From assembly GCA_010909165.1 (NCBI GenBank), contig VJWM01000204.1, positions 62,001 to 126,000 on the forward strand: 64,000 nucleotides of DNA, given 5' to 3'. The notes under the pieces are model-generated. The model was not told where the DNA came from. It ran no database searches and saw only the letters and a list, made by a program, of their open reading frames with translations. This document shows positions 48,637 to 62,061 of this stretch, piece after piece. The stretch is from Anthoceros angustus. Lineage: Eukaryota; Plantae; Anthocerotophyta. Every line of letters starts with the position of its first letter. The first letter of the stretch is position 1. The position numbers and the translations under genes are program-made.

Positions 48637-48845
48637 AGACCACTCCGGACCTCGCCGGACGGACCACTCCGGACCTCGCCCGGATGACCACTCCGTCGGA
48701 CCTCGCCGGGCGGACCACTCCGGACCTCGCAAGGACGGACCACTCCGCCGGACCTCGCCCGGATGACCACTCCGTGACCGCCGGACGGACCACTCCGTCG
48801 GACCTCGCCGGACCCGGACCACTCCGTCGGACCTCGGACGGTCCT
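48637..48845. repeat. GC-rich minisatellite of about 22-27 bp in the LTR U3 (also 49320-49545, 54785-55000, 60250-60475)
   Basis: (ggacggaccactccg[t/c]cggacctcgcc)n. Confidence 0.9.
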
Positions 48846-51800
48846 CAGCCTCCAACGGACCGAGGGTCTAGGGATTACTGTAAGTGCAATCGCCAAAATG
48901 GCCTTATTGGCTAACCTCCCTATCCTCTTAACAAGAATGACAAAAAAAGCAAAACAAGCCGCCAAGAGTACGGACATCGGATTTGGCACTCCACATACTC
49001 CCTTCTCTCATCTGTGCCTGCCAACACCTGTGCAATACCGCTCTTTCCGCTTGACTCTCCCTTCTCGCTTTTACTACCTCCTCGGGTCGTGGTCAAGCAA
49101 CATTGGGAACCTTACCAAGATTCATCCTCCGTTGAGGATGAGTCGCCTCCTCCTCCGAGGTTGATGTGCGTTGTGGAAGACCACATGTGCACTAACCCCG
49201 CTATGTATGTACCTAACTGGTCGTGGTAACCGGACGTAGCTCATCACACGGACTTCTTGCACCACCGCCCCGCCAAACAAGAGATCCATGCCAGCGATGC
49301 CCACCAAACTAAACCACCCGCTGCACCACCTGGACTCGCCCGGACCTGACCACTCCGCCGGACCTCTCAAGGACGGACCACCCATCGGACCGCCTCGACG
49401 GACCACCCGGCCGGACCGCAAGGACGGACCACTCCATCCGGACCTCGCCGGATGACCACTCCTGACCGCCGGACGGACCACTCCTGACCTCGCCTCGACG
49501 GACCACCCGCCTGACCTCGCCTCGACGGTCCACTCGGCCCTCCAACGGACCGAGGTCTAGGGATTGCACGTAAGTGCAATCCGAAAATGGCCTTATTGGC
49601 TAACCTCCCTATCCTCTTAACGACCAAAAACAAGCCAAGAGTAAAGACGGATTTGGCACTCCACATACTCCCTTCTCATGCTGGGCCCCGCCAACACCCA
49701 ATACTCTCTTTCCGCCTGACTCTCCTTCTCGCTTTTACTACCTCCTCGTGTGTCAAGTCCGCAACATTGGGAACCTTTTACTAAGATTCATCCTCCGCTG
49801 AGGATGAGTCGCCTCCTCCTCCGAGGTTGATGTGCTGCTGTGGAAGACCACATGTGCACTAACCCGCCTCCCAAGTGTCGATGAACGATTTTTTTGTTTT
49901 GATGTGTTAGAATAGCAAAGTGCTTTGAGAATCATCGAGTCGGTCTTTTATACGGAATGGTCCTTGGCCCTTGGAGATAATAATAATTTTTCGACCCTTA
50001 GGTTTGACCTGAGGGTGGGTAGAAATAGAGTCCTTGGGTATTGGGGAATTTTAGAATAAAAGGTGTCTATATATGCTAGGGATGCTCACAATATGCCACA
50101 GCTTGAGTAGTCAAGTGGGGTGGTGGCTAGTTCCACCACGGGCCGAGAAACGGACGCATGCACTGTGGGGAATTTACAACCCCTAGTGGCGGGACTACCA
50201 TACCAGCGGAGAATCGGGAGAAGGCACACCCAAGATCGCGAGGTCGCGACTTTCCGTGAGGGGCACGGAGGAGTCAGCAAGAGGGGCGCGCGCTGCATAA
50301 CGACGCCAGCCAAATCACCGCCTCACTGCAGGAGGAAGGCGCGACGATCGTGACAGAGCGCGCGCGGAGAGAAATCGGGGCGCCGCAAGTTCGCGAGGAG
50401 TGGAAGGAGCGAGGGCGGCGCTCGATTTTTTTCTTCTCATGTAACTGCAGGGTAGTCGAGGTTTTGTTTTGGGAAACAACGAGAGAAGGAGATGGCGCCG
50501 AGCCGCGTCAAATCTCACGCAGGGCCCAACATGGACCATCGGAAAGTGAGAGCCGGCACGTGCAGAGCCGGTCAAGTTCATGGAGAAGAAATGGTGCTAC
50601 GACGCCTGCATTGGTGCAAGAGTGCGCCCGCAATTAAGGACCAAGTCGCAAGAGGGTGACGCGAGGAAAAGGCCGCAGAATCTGGATTTGGCCTCTTCGA
50701 GCAAAGGTATGGGCGAGAAGCATCAAGATGGGAGCTTGGTGATTGACCCCAAATAAAGAAGACCTTGAAAGCCGCAGCGCCGCCATGAAGCCTCGGGAAG
50801 TGAGAGTGAACAATGGTCGGGTGACTCGCCAACTCGTGTTCACAAGTGTGGATTGGCCAAAATGGATTTTGTGTTTCCTACGTAACCAAGTCGGATCATA
50901 TGGCGGATCACTTCTTGGTTTTTCTTCACGAGGTGGTCAAGGGTACACAAATTGATTGGGGAAGGATGATTTTCAAAGAGCCTGGAGGAGAAGGCGACTT
51001 ATTTCCTTCCCTCGGCCCTCCTTGATTTCGCCTTTTCCGATTCATGTATTTGATTCCGGTGTTTAACGAGTTGAAGTGGTCCGCCTGCATGGTTGGAAGC
51101 CGGCCGTGGAACTCAAGGTAGAAGAGGAGGAATTGAAGGAGGATTCGGCAAGGATTCCAAAGAAGCTTGGGAGTGCCTCGGAAGGTTCTAAGAGGGTGGG
51201 GAAGTTTCCAAGGGTAAGAAGCGAGGCGAACGGGATCGGCGAAAAGGGAGGACAAGCAAAGAGGAGGAACCCATACCACACCTGTGGTCACCAGTCAAGA
51301 CGCAGGAACGCTGGTAAAGGAGGAGAAAATAAAGGGAAATGGTGTTGCTCCTCCTGTGTGGATGAATCGCCGCTAGGGGAGAATGAAGCGGGGAAGAGGC
51401 AAGCGACCAACCCCTAGGAGAGGAGGGGTTAACTTCAGCCCAAGACCGCAACGAGCTCCGGACATTTTGGCGACATTTCACCGAACCATCCCGAGGTGGG
51501 GGAGACACCGCCAACGAATTGTTGTGGAGGCGGATGGGCAAAGGGACAGCCCAATTTGGGGATTTGCGGTGGTTTGACTTCGCCATGGCATGACGCAGCG
51601 GATCTCCTCGATCAAGCCCATGGCTCTCACCGGCCGAGTGTGCAAGGCCAACAGGAGAAGTTGCTCAAGGAGAAGTTGGAAAGCCCGGAAGGCGAGAGCA
51701 AGGCGGCCGAGGAGCGCAGACGGAGTGCGGCGGCCTTATGCAAGGCATGAGCAAGCAGGGACATGTCCACTCCAGAGGCTTTAGTAAATCAGTCAAGGGG

Positions 51801-54800
51801 CGATGCTACAATTGAAGAGCTTCAAGATGAGGTCTCGCGAGTCCAGAGCAGTGGAAGCGATGGCGCCTTGGAGAAATTCAAGAAGTCCGGAGAGGTACAA
51901 GCGGAAAGAGACGGTTAGGCCAGAGTCAAGAGAGAGGTGGCCAAACCAAGAAGGCCGAGCAACCACCGCAGGAGCCAAGCAACCACCGTGGAAGAACCAC
52001 CACGGTGGCTAAACCAGCCACCGTGGAACGGGAACCGAGGTGGGGAAGTCACCGGAGTGTCGCAGATGGAGGGATGATCTCGAGAATCAGCACCGCCTGT
52101 GGATTGTCCACGGAGGAGAGGGTAAGGACCTCAGATCGAAGGGCGACAGTAAGGCCCGGATGAGGATGCTCATGTCCTCGCTCGCATGGTGAGCGGTGCT
52201 CACTCTAAACGTATGTGGTTGTTGGGACAGAGGGGCGTAAACCACCGTCAGACATCTTGACCGCCACAGCGCTACGCTGGTTCCTTCGAGTAGGAGCGGG
52301 CGCCATCCTCCGCAAGTGGTGCCGGAAGAGATGAGCGAGGCGCAGCGAGCATGGAGGAGGAGCACGATGGTTGTCCAAATGAGGAGGAGCGGACAATGGA
52401 CATAGAGGTCACAAAGGCAACGCCCGCTGGAAGGCGCGAGGGAAACTCAGCAAAGGAGAGTGAGGTGGAGGTTGTGGGGAAAATCGCCGGATCGAGGCGA
52501 GGTCAAGAGCGAGAGGGGTCCCCATGGGCCGAGGGGCGAAAGAATCGCGGCAGCTTGATTTTAGGGGAGTCGCGATAGCCTAGGACCGGGTTTTTCAAAG
52601 TAGGGATAGGGAGTTCCATCACCGAGCCGCTGTTGCTTAGATTGGTAAGGCGCTCGTGGTAGGAGCTACAATTTTTAGACACTAAAGAGAAGTGAGTGTT
52701 GGACCAGATGTATAAGAGACCCTTTGGGTGTCTCTCAAAGATGACGATTTCGTGTGAACTTCCGTATCGAACCTTCGTGTGGGGTTGATTGGAGACGCCC
52801 GTCAAGATCAAACGGGTTCGCGACCGCCTTCGTCACAAGAAGAAGCCGGAAGATCTCGGATGGTCGAGAGCGGAGTGGCCAAGCTCCACGCCTGGGTAAC
52901 GGTAGCCGAAAAAGAGGTAGGAATTGCCGAAGGCGGAACCGCCGAGGCGAATCGCCCAAGCACCGACCGGGTTTTCTTCCGATCCTCTTTCCAACCGCCG
53001 CCACTGTGTGTTCATTCCATGAGAGAGGGGTCTGTGGTGGCCCAAGGAGGGGTCTGGTGGCCCAAGGAGGAGGGGTCTGTGGCCCGTGAGACGAGGGAGA
53101 GTTCATTGGAAGGGAAGGTTCCCGAGGATGAGTGCGCTACCGGGAGGGATTGTGAGAGTGTGTGAGGGAAAATGAAATGCGAAGAGGAGTGGAAGCGTGG
53201 AATCGCAGAAATTCAAGTAAAGAGGTGCGATATAGGTGTCCATGCCCATAGCCCCTAGGTCCGTGAGAAGCCGGTGATTTAATAGACTCGCCAAAGGCGG
53301 CGTAGGGACCCGCCACGTTACGAACTGCCACCGCGTGGCCGAGTCTACCACGGTGGGTTTGGGCTGGTAGCCGGAGAAGGTGGGTAGTGAGCGACGGTAG
53401 GTCTAGAATCCATAGATTTAACACCTTGACACAACACCATTCCCTTGGGATCGAATCCTAGGACTATAACGACATAGAGGGTAAATGTGGCCTCTTGCCT
53501 TCGGATGCAAAACCCATTCCATGTGCCTCCTCCTCAGCCGCCTGCCCATCTTCTTCTCCTTGGGCATGCTGGCCTCCCGCTAGATTTGCACCCCCGTCCG
53601 TCCTGGCATCCTCCCTACTCAGATACCCACAAACCGCCCACCATTACACCCATCCACAACTGCAACTGGCAGCCTACTCCTACCTACTAACTCAGCACCA
53701 CAACAATACCATTCCCGCAACGGCGCCAAAATGTGGCGCGACTTTTCTGTCGACGGCCAAGACAATCCCATGTCGTTGTAGGAAGGAGTCCGTTCCCAAG
53801 GGTCTCGTGCTTATTCGCCGAGCTCTCTACCCTATCGCGAGCGGACTTCATCGAGGTTGGGTCCGTGGCTCCACAACCCTAAGTGTGTGCCTCCACAACT
53901 CGTCGGACCGGGTAGCACCGGACCTTCCCACAAACCCCGCCCGGATTTCTCCGATTAAGAAGTTTAATGCCCGTTCATCGTCATTCTCGTACTCTAGCGC
54001 CCGGCGCTCCTCAACTCTGTTCGGCCACAACTCCACCTCAACACACACGCGGCCACCCTTCTCCCTTATCCATTCCCGCCTAGTAGTCACAACACCAACA
54101 CGATGTATTCACACCAGGGCCGCCTTTGCCCCTCGGGCCTTCCGTCCTGCGAGAAGTAGCTTTGCACTCGCAACCCCACGGCCACCGTTCCAGTGCCTCC
54201 AAGGATGGCTTCCGCCCAGTCACCCCAAGCGCCTCCTAATCCCCTCCGCTTCACGTTGGAGCAGCACTGCATCCCCACCTCCGTTCAGCCTCCAAGGATG
54301 GCTTCCGCCCAGTCACCCCAAGCGCCTCCTAATCCCCTCCTGCTTCACGCTCATGGAGAAGTGGCAGACTGCATCCCCACGACCTCCGTTCCAGCCTCCA
54401 AGGTTAGTCTACAGAAATCACCCATGAGCACCTCCTAAGCTCAGTCCGTTGCACCCATCAAGCGTGTTGGCGGAGCTCGTCACCCGAGCTCTAAACACAT
54501 CCCTCTACCACCAATTAATCACGCGGTGGCCAGAACTCACTCCGCTCCTCGAGCACGGAAGGCAAGAGCACAGGCCAAGATGGTACCCGGATAGTCTACC
54601 GTCTTGGACGCCAGCCTTCCTATACTCCCATACCCTAACCTAACCCGCCTATGTATCCTAACCCCCTATGTATGTACCCCTAACCTGGTCGTAGTAAGCC
54701 GGACGAGTAGCTCATCACGCCTTCTTGCAGTACTTCCCATAACAGTAGATCCATGCCAAAGCGTGCCCACCAAACTAAACCACCCGCCGGACCACTCCGT

Positions 54801-55928
54801 CGGACCTCGCCGGACGGACCACTCCGGACCTCGCCGGACCACTCCGCCGGACCTCGCCGGGCGGACCACTCCGGACCTCGCAAGGACGGACCACTCCGCC
54901 GGACCTCGCCCGGATGACCACTGTCGGACCTCGCCGGGCGGACCACTCCGTCGGACCTCGCCGGACGGACCACTCCGTCGGACCTCGCCGGACGTCCACT
55001 CAGTCCTCCAACGGACTAGGGTCTAGGGATTACCTGTAAGTGCTGCCAAATGGCCTTATTGGCTAACCTCCCTATCCTCTTAGAATGACCGAAAAAAAGC
55101 AAAACAAGCCAAAATCGGACAGTTTGGCACTCCACATACTCCCTTCTCTCATCTGTGCCTGCCAACACCCTGTGCAATACGCTCTTTCCGCTTGACTCTC
55201 CCTTCTCGCCTTTACTACCTCCTCGGGTCGTGGTCAAGCAACATTGGGAACCTTACCAAGATTCATCCTCCGTTGAGGATGAGTCGCCTCCTCCTCCGAG
55301 GTTGATGTGCGTTGTGGAAGACCACATGCACTAACCCCGCTCCCAAGTGTCAGGATGAACGATTTTTTTTGTTTTGGATGTGTTAGAATAGCAAAGTGCT
55401 TTGAGAATCATAGTCGGTCTTTTACGGAATGGTCCTTGGCCCTTGGAGATAATAATAATTTTTCGACCCTTAGGTTTGACCCCAGGGTGGGTAGAAATAG
55501 AGTCCTTGGGTATTGGGAATTTTAGAATAAAAGGTGTCTATATATGCTAGGGATGCTCACAATATGCCACAGTTGAGTAGTCAAGTGGGGTGGTGGCTAG
55601 TTCCACCACGGTGGCGAGAAACAGGACGTCTGAGACCGGAATTTACAACCCTAGTGGCGGAGGCGGGACTACTCAGTCGGGCGCAAGCGGAGAAGGGCAC
55701 ACCCGGCCAGCGAGGTCGCGACTTTTCGAGGCGGTCGGGCGGAGGCTGAAGGCGTAGCGCACAGCCTTGAGCCAAATCTACATCTCATGCGAGGAAGGCG
55801 GCGGCAGTCGGGCGGCGGGAGAGAAATCGGGCCAAGTTCGCGAGGTGGAAGGCAGGGCGGTCGATTTTTCTCTTGACCAGTCTGCGGGGTAGTCGAGGTT
55901 TTGTTTTGGGAAACAACGAGAGAAGGAG

Positions 55929-57600
55929 ATGGCGCCCATGCCGAAAATCCCTGCGGTGGCATGGACCCTGGAAAGTGAGAGGTGGCTGGTCACGAGGCTG
56001 GGCTCAAGTTCATGGAGAAGAAATGGTGCTACGACGCCTGCATTGGTGCAAGAGTGCCCGCAATTAAGGACCAAGTCGCAAGAGGGTGACGCGAGGAAAA
56101 GGCCGCAGAACTGGGATTTGGCCCTCTTTCGAGCAGTGTATGGGCGAGAAGCATCAGAAGATGGGAGCTTGGTGATTGACCCCCAGCGAAAGAAGACCTT
56201 GAGAGCTGCAGCGGCCGCGCTCATGAAGCCTGGGGAAGTGAGAGTGAACAATGGCTGGGTGACTCGCCAACTCGTGTCTGCGCAGCTGGTGGGATTGGCC
56301 AAATGGATTTTGTGTTTCCTACAGAACCGGAAGCTGGATCATATGGCGGATCACTTCTTGGTTTTTCTTCACGAGGTGGTCAAGGGTACACAAATTGATT
56401 GGGGAAGGATGATTTTGAAGAGCACTGTGAGGAGAAGGCGAATTTACTCTCTCCTTCCCTCGGCCCTCCTTGATTTCGCCTTTTCGATTCATGTATTTGC
56501 GCATTGGTGTTTAGCGGAGTTGGAAGGCATGTCCATGCATGGTTGGAAGCCGGTCGAGAACTCAAGGTAGAAGAGGAGGAATTTAAGGAGGATTCGGGCA
56601 AGGATTCCAGATTGGGAGTCGCCTCCTGGAAGGTTCGGAAGAGGGTGGGGAAGTTTCCAAGGGTAAGGCGGAAGGCGGCAGTCGAGCAGGGTCGGCGAAA
56701 AGGGAGAGCGGCAGAGGAGGAACCCAGCTACACCGGGGTCACGTCGAAGGCAGCGGCGAGCAGCAGGTAAGGAGGAGAAAATAAAAGGGAAATGGCAAGT
56801 TGCTCCCTCCAGTGCGAGGATGAATCGCCGCTAGAGAATGAGGCGGGGAAGAGGCGTGCGGACCAACCCCTAGGAGAGGAGGGTTAACGGTGAGACCGAG
56901 ACTCGGGACATTTTGGCGACATTTCGAACCGTCCTGAGGTGGGGATAGGTGAGCTCGCGTCTGAGTGTTGTGGAGGCGGATGGGCAAAGGGACAGCCCAA
57001 TTTGGGGATTTGCGAGGTTTGACTTGACCATGGCACGACGCGGATCTCCTCGATCAAGCGACCATGGCTCTCACTTTGAGTGTGCAAGGCCAGCAGGAGA
57101 AGTTGCTCAAGGAGAAGTTGGAAAGCAGGCGAGAGCAAGGCCGAGGAGCGGAGCGGCCTTATGCAAAAGGCAGGGAGGCGTTAAGGGACATGTCCACTCG
57201 GCAGAGGAAAATCAGGTCAAGGCGCATGCTACAATTGAAGAGCTTCAAGATGAGGTCTCGAGTCCAGGAGGCGGGTGGGCGATGGCGCCCTTGGAGAAAT
57301 TCAAGAAGGTGGCGGAGGTACAAGCGGGAAAGAGGCGAAGCTAGGGCCGAGTCAAGAGAGGTGGCCAAACCAAGAAAGGCCGAGCAATGCCACCGCAGGA
57401 GCCAAGCAACCACCGAAGAACCACCACGGTGGCTAACCTCCCACCGTCGTGGAGCGAGGCGAGGTGGGGAAGTCACCGGAGTGTCGCAGATGGAGGGGCA
57501 GATCTCACGGAGAATCAGCAGCCCGGCCCGAGATTGTCCACGGAGGAGAGGTAAGGACCTCTGTCGGAAGGCGTATTGTGCTCTGGCGTCCGGATGAGGA
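55929..57600 (+). pseudogene. Antisense accessory ORF of the nested element (copy at about 50490-52580)
   Basis: A 213-aa open segment ending ...LHEVVKGTQIDWGRMIL, followed by acidic/basic and coiled-coil tracts (QQEKLLKEKLES); frameshifted differently in the two copies. Confidence 0.55.
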
Positions 57601-60600
57601 TGCTCATGTCCCAGCACTGCATGGTGGCGGGTGCTCACTCTAAGCGTGTATGTGGTTGTTGGGACGGGAGGCGAAACTCACATCTTGGCCACGCTTTACG
57701 ATGGTTCCTTGAATAGGAGGCGGGCGCCTATCCTCCATAAGTGGTCTTTGGAAGAGAGATGGCGCGAGGCGAGCATGGAGGGAGGAGCACAGTATGGTTG
57801 TCCATGAGGAGGAGGCGGGACAATGGACATAGAGGTCACAGGTGGCAAGCGTCCGCGGGAAGGCGCGAGGAAACTCAGGCGGTGAGTGAGGTGGAGGTTG
57901 TGGGGAAAATCGCTCGGATCGGGGGCGAGGCCGAGAGCGAGAGGGTCCCCATGGGCCGTGGGCGAGGCGTGTCAGCGGCGGTGATTTTAGAGTCGCGATA
58001 GCCTAGGACCGGGGTTTCCTTTTCGAGCGAGGATAGGGAGTTCCATCAGTAGGATTGTTGCTTAGATTGGTAAGGCGCTCGTGGTAGGAGCTACAATTTT
58101 TAGACACTAAAGAGAAGTGAGCTGTGTTGGACCACAGCCAGATGTATAAGAGACCCTTTGGGTGTCTCTCAAAGGCAGACGATTTCAGGTGTGAACTTCC
58201 GTGTATCGAACCTTCGTGTGGGGTTGATTGGAGACGTCTGGTCAGCATCAAACGGGTTCGGCGCACCGTCTTCTGGTCACAAGAAGGCCGGGAAGATCTC
58301 TGGATGGTCGAGAGCGGAGTGGCCAAGCTCCACGCTGGGGAGTAGCGGAAGGTGGCCGTGGAGAAAAGAGGTAGGATTGCCGGAAGGGTGAGGAGCTGGA
58401 GGCGAATCGCCCGGGTTTTCTTCTGATCCTCTTTTCCAAGCTGCGCCACGGTGTGTTCATTCCATGAGAGAGGTGCCCAAGGAGGGGTCTGTGGCCCAAG
58501 GAGGAGGGGTCTGTGGCCCGTGAGACGAGGAGAGTTCATTAGGAAGGGGAGGTTCCAGGGTAGATGAGTCTTGGGAGGGATTGTGAGAGTGTGTGAGGGA
58601 AAATCGAAATGCGTAAGAGGTGGGCGTGTGGTGGAATCGCGAAATTCCAGTAAAGTGAGGTGTATATAGGTGTCCGTATGCCCATAGCCCCTAGGTCCGT
58701 GTTAGGAAGCGGTGGCGATAGACTCCGCGGCGTGGCAGGTGGGACCCGCCACGTGCCACGGTGGCCGAGTCTACGGTGGTGGGTTTGGGCGGGTGTGGAG
58801 AAGGTGGGGTGGCGGAGGTGGGCTAGAATCCATAGATTCAGAACACCTTGACACAACACCATTCCCTTGGGATCGAATCCTAGGACTATAACGACATAGA
58901 GGGTAAATGTGGCCTCTTTGCGTCTTCGGATGCAAAAACCCATTCCACAGCCGTCCTCCCCAGCGCCCGTGCCCATCTTCTTTCTCCCTTTGGGCATGCT
59001 GGGCCTCCCGCTAGATTTGCACCCTCGGCGTCCGGTCCTGTGCATCCTCCCTACTTCTGTATACTCCACAAACTGCCCGACCATTACACCCATCCACAAC
59101 CGCAATCTGGCCGTCCTACTCCTACCTACTAACTCAGGAAATTACAACAATACCATTCCCGCAGCGCCAAAATGTGGCGCGACTTTTGTCGACGGCCAAG
59201 ACAATCCCATGTCGTTGTAGGAAGGAGTCCGTTCCCAAGGGAATGGTCTCGTGCTTATTCTCGAGCTCTACATCGTCCTTTCGGACTTCATCAGTTGGGT
59301 CCGGCGGCTCCACAACCCTAAGTGTGTGCCCTCCACAACTCGTCGGACCTCGCCGGACGGACCACTCCGCCGGACCTTCCCACAAACCCCGCCCGGTTCT
59401 CCATTTTCAACAGTTTAACGACGCTGCCCTTCGCTATTCTACTCTAGCGCCCTACCCTCAACTCTGTCGCCACAACTCCACCTCAACACACACGCCGTAA
59501 CCACGACCCTTCTCCTTATCCATTCCCTAGTAGTCACAACACCAACACGCCGATGTATTCACACCAGCCGCCTTTGCCCCTTGCTTCACGTTCATGGAGA
59601 AGTAGCTGCACCGCAACCCCACCGTTCCAGTGACCTCCAAGGATGGCTTCCGCCCAGTCACCCCAAGCGCCTCCTAATCCTCCTGCTTCACGTTACTGCG
59701 GAGAAGTGGCTTCCGGCCTGCATCCCCACCTCCGTTCACGGCCTCAAGGATGGCTTCCACGTCACCCCAAGCGCCTCCTAATCCTCCTGCTTCACGTTCA
59801 TGGAGAAGTGGCTTCATGACTGCATCCCCAGCCTCCGCTCCAGCCTCAAGGTTAGTCTCGCACCAGAAATCACCCGAGCACCTCCTAGCTCAGTCCGACC
59901 CCCGCACCCATCAAGCGTGTTGGCGGAGCTCGTCACGAGCTCTAAACACATCCTCTACCACCAATTAATCCCGCACGTGACGCAGGAACTCACTCCGCCT
60001 CCTCGAGCACAAGGCAAGAGCACACGGAGCGCCAAGATGGTACCGGATAGTCTCTTGGACGCCAGCCTTCCTATATACTCCCATACCTAACCTAACCCGC
60101 CTATGTATGTATCCTAACCACTATGTATGTACTAACCTGGTCGTGGTAATCACGGACGTAGCTCATCAACTGCGCGGACTTCTTGCACCACCGCCTCGCC
60201 AAACAAGAGATCCATGCCAGCGATGCCCACCAAACTAAACCACCGGCCGAGACCACTCCGTCGGACCTCGCCGGGCGGACCACTCCGTCGGACCTCGCCG
60301 GACGGACCACTCGCCGGACCTCGCCGGGCCGACCACTCCGTCGGACCTCGCAGGCAGACCACTCCGCCGGACCTCGCCCGGATGACCACTCCGTCGGACC
60401 TCGCCGGACGGACCACTCCGTGACCTCGCCGGACGGACCACTCCGTGACCTCGCCGGACGGTCCACTCCGCCTCCAACGGATCGAGGGTCTAGGGATTGC
60501 ACGTAAGTGCAATCGGCCAAAATGGCCTTATTGGCTAACTCCTCCCTATCCCTCTTAACAGTAACGACCCGAAAAAAAAGCAAAACAAGCCGCCAAGAGT

Positions 60601-61410
60601 ACGGACATCGGATTTGGCACTCCACAACGGGCATGCCACAAATATGTCTCATGTTTTTTGTTGGTGGCTGCAGATAGGGCAGATTGAGAGTTGGTGACGT
60701 TGAGGTGGTATAAATCGTCACTCTGTAAATCTCCAATGGCTATGAGATCCCCTTGTAGAGTCTCAATTTAACACAGTGCCCATTACCGAAGCAACACATA
60801 CCAGCCGGATTGATGGATCCACCTTGCGGACTGAAAAGTCGAGGCACTAGGAGCACGTCTGAAATTTGTAGAGTGGAGTTAGGTTTGAAATGTAGCTCTA
60901 CTAGTCCGTGACCTAGTATAGTATGCTTAGAGTCATCTCCAAGGCTAACAAACTGTGGGGGTGTGGCAGAGTTAATATGTTTGAAGTACTCCTTGTGGGC
61001 TATCATGTGCTGGGACGCTCCAGAGTCTATGTATCGGACATGTTCCCCTTGGGTTGAGAGGCAAGAGGCTACTAGGGCTGAAGGAGCTATGGGCTAGATG
61101 AGGAAGGTAATTGGTTAGTATGAGTTAGAAAAGCCCTAGATTGCTTCTTCTTTGTGAGGGCGAATGGGCCTGATGAGTCTTGTTGCCTTTGATTGTTTGA
61201 AGCTAATAGCTTCAACTCATCAAAGGCGACAGGACTCATCTTGTTATTAACCTCTTCCTACATTCCTCGTAAGTATGGCCGGGAATTTTACAGTATCTGC
61301 ACACAGATCTTCATGATAAATTAAATATTTTGCGTCCTCTACTGGGGTAAGTGCGCCTTCCTCTAGAATTTCCTTTGAAATTCGCTCGGCCTCTACTGCT
61401 AAATTTTTCC

Positions 61411-62061
61411 TTATCCTGCTGTGAAGAAGGCGCTGGAGGAGGTTTCTCCAGCGTAGGCGAAAACCTTGCGCCTGCGCTCTTTGGTCAGCATTGCATTGAT
61501 CACTTCGTTCACTGTAAGTGGTTGGACGCCTTGTAAACTTTGTACTACGCTAATCCAAGATTCTGGAAGTGTAGATAGTAGGATTGCTGCAAGTAATTCT
61601 TTTGAAATGTTGAACTCTAGGGCTTGAAATTTCACTATCCAACTACGAAACACCATAGCATGGTGGTCAACCTGATCGCCCTCAGCCATCCACAGACCAA
61701 GGTAATTTTTGATTGTGTGTATTATGTGCATGATATCCTTTGCATTATAAATCTCGTGGAGTTGTTTCCATGCGTCGGTTGCAGTTTCAGTGCCTTTCAG
61801 TTGCTGCACGTTCGCATGTCTCATGCCTTGCATGATAACATTGCGTGCTTGCTGATTCTTATCTTCCCATTCCTCTTTTTCGGCTGTTGTGCCTGTCGCA
61901 GGAAGTGGAATTAGCACTGGAGGATTTCCAATGCCACCGACATAGCCCCACAGTTTCTTCTCCTTGAAGATGTTGGTAATTCTTAACTTCGAGATAGCGA
62001 AATGGTGCTGTTGGCCATCAAACCTATCTTCCTTTGACAAGGAGATGTTTGATGTTGACAT
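61411..62061 (-). CDS. Copia gag N-terminal ORF
   Basis: FDG..HF...LWGYV...WEDKNQQARNVI...AWKQL..IY...LLAAILLSTLPESW. Confidence 0.85.
   Translation of the reverse strand: MSTSNISLSKEDRFDGQQHHFAISKLRITNIFKEKKLWGYVGGIGNPPVLIPLPATGTTAEKEEWEDKNQQARNVIMQGMRHANVQQLKGTETATDAWKQLHEIYNAKDIMHIIHTIKNYLGLWMAEGDQVDHHAMVFRSWIVKFQALEFNISKELLAAILLSTLPESWISVVQSLQGVQPLTVNEVINAMLTKERRRKVFAYAGETSSSAFFTAG

Larger units (their letters stand above)
47561..60626 (-). mobile_element. Non-autonomous Gypsy/Athila-like LTR element as a tandem LTR-int-LTR-int-LTR, nested in Copia
   Basis: TGTGG...CCACA termini; TSD ACGGG at 47556-60 and 60627-31. LTRs at 47561-48995, 53732-55136 and 59173-60626. PBS TGGCGCCGTTGC next to 53731. 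PPT GAGAGAAGGGGAGTA beside 48995 and 55136. No gag/pol motifs seen. Confidence 0.9.

Noticed and set aside
48637-48845. Short repeats resembling a CRISPR array
   Set aside because: No unique spacers and no cas genes; it is an LTR minisatellite in a eukaryotic genome.
53495-54427. 310-aa ORF
   Set aside because: It spans the PBS/LTR junction in GC-rich repeat DNA and is not open in the other copies.
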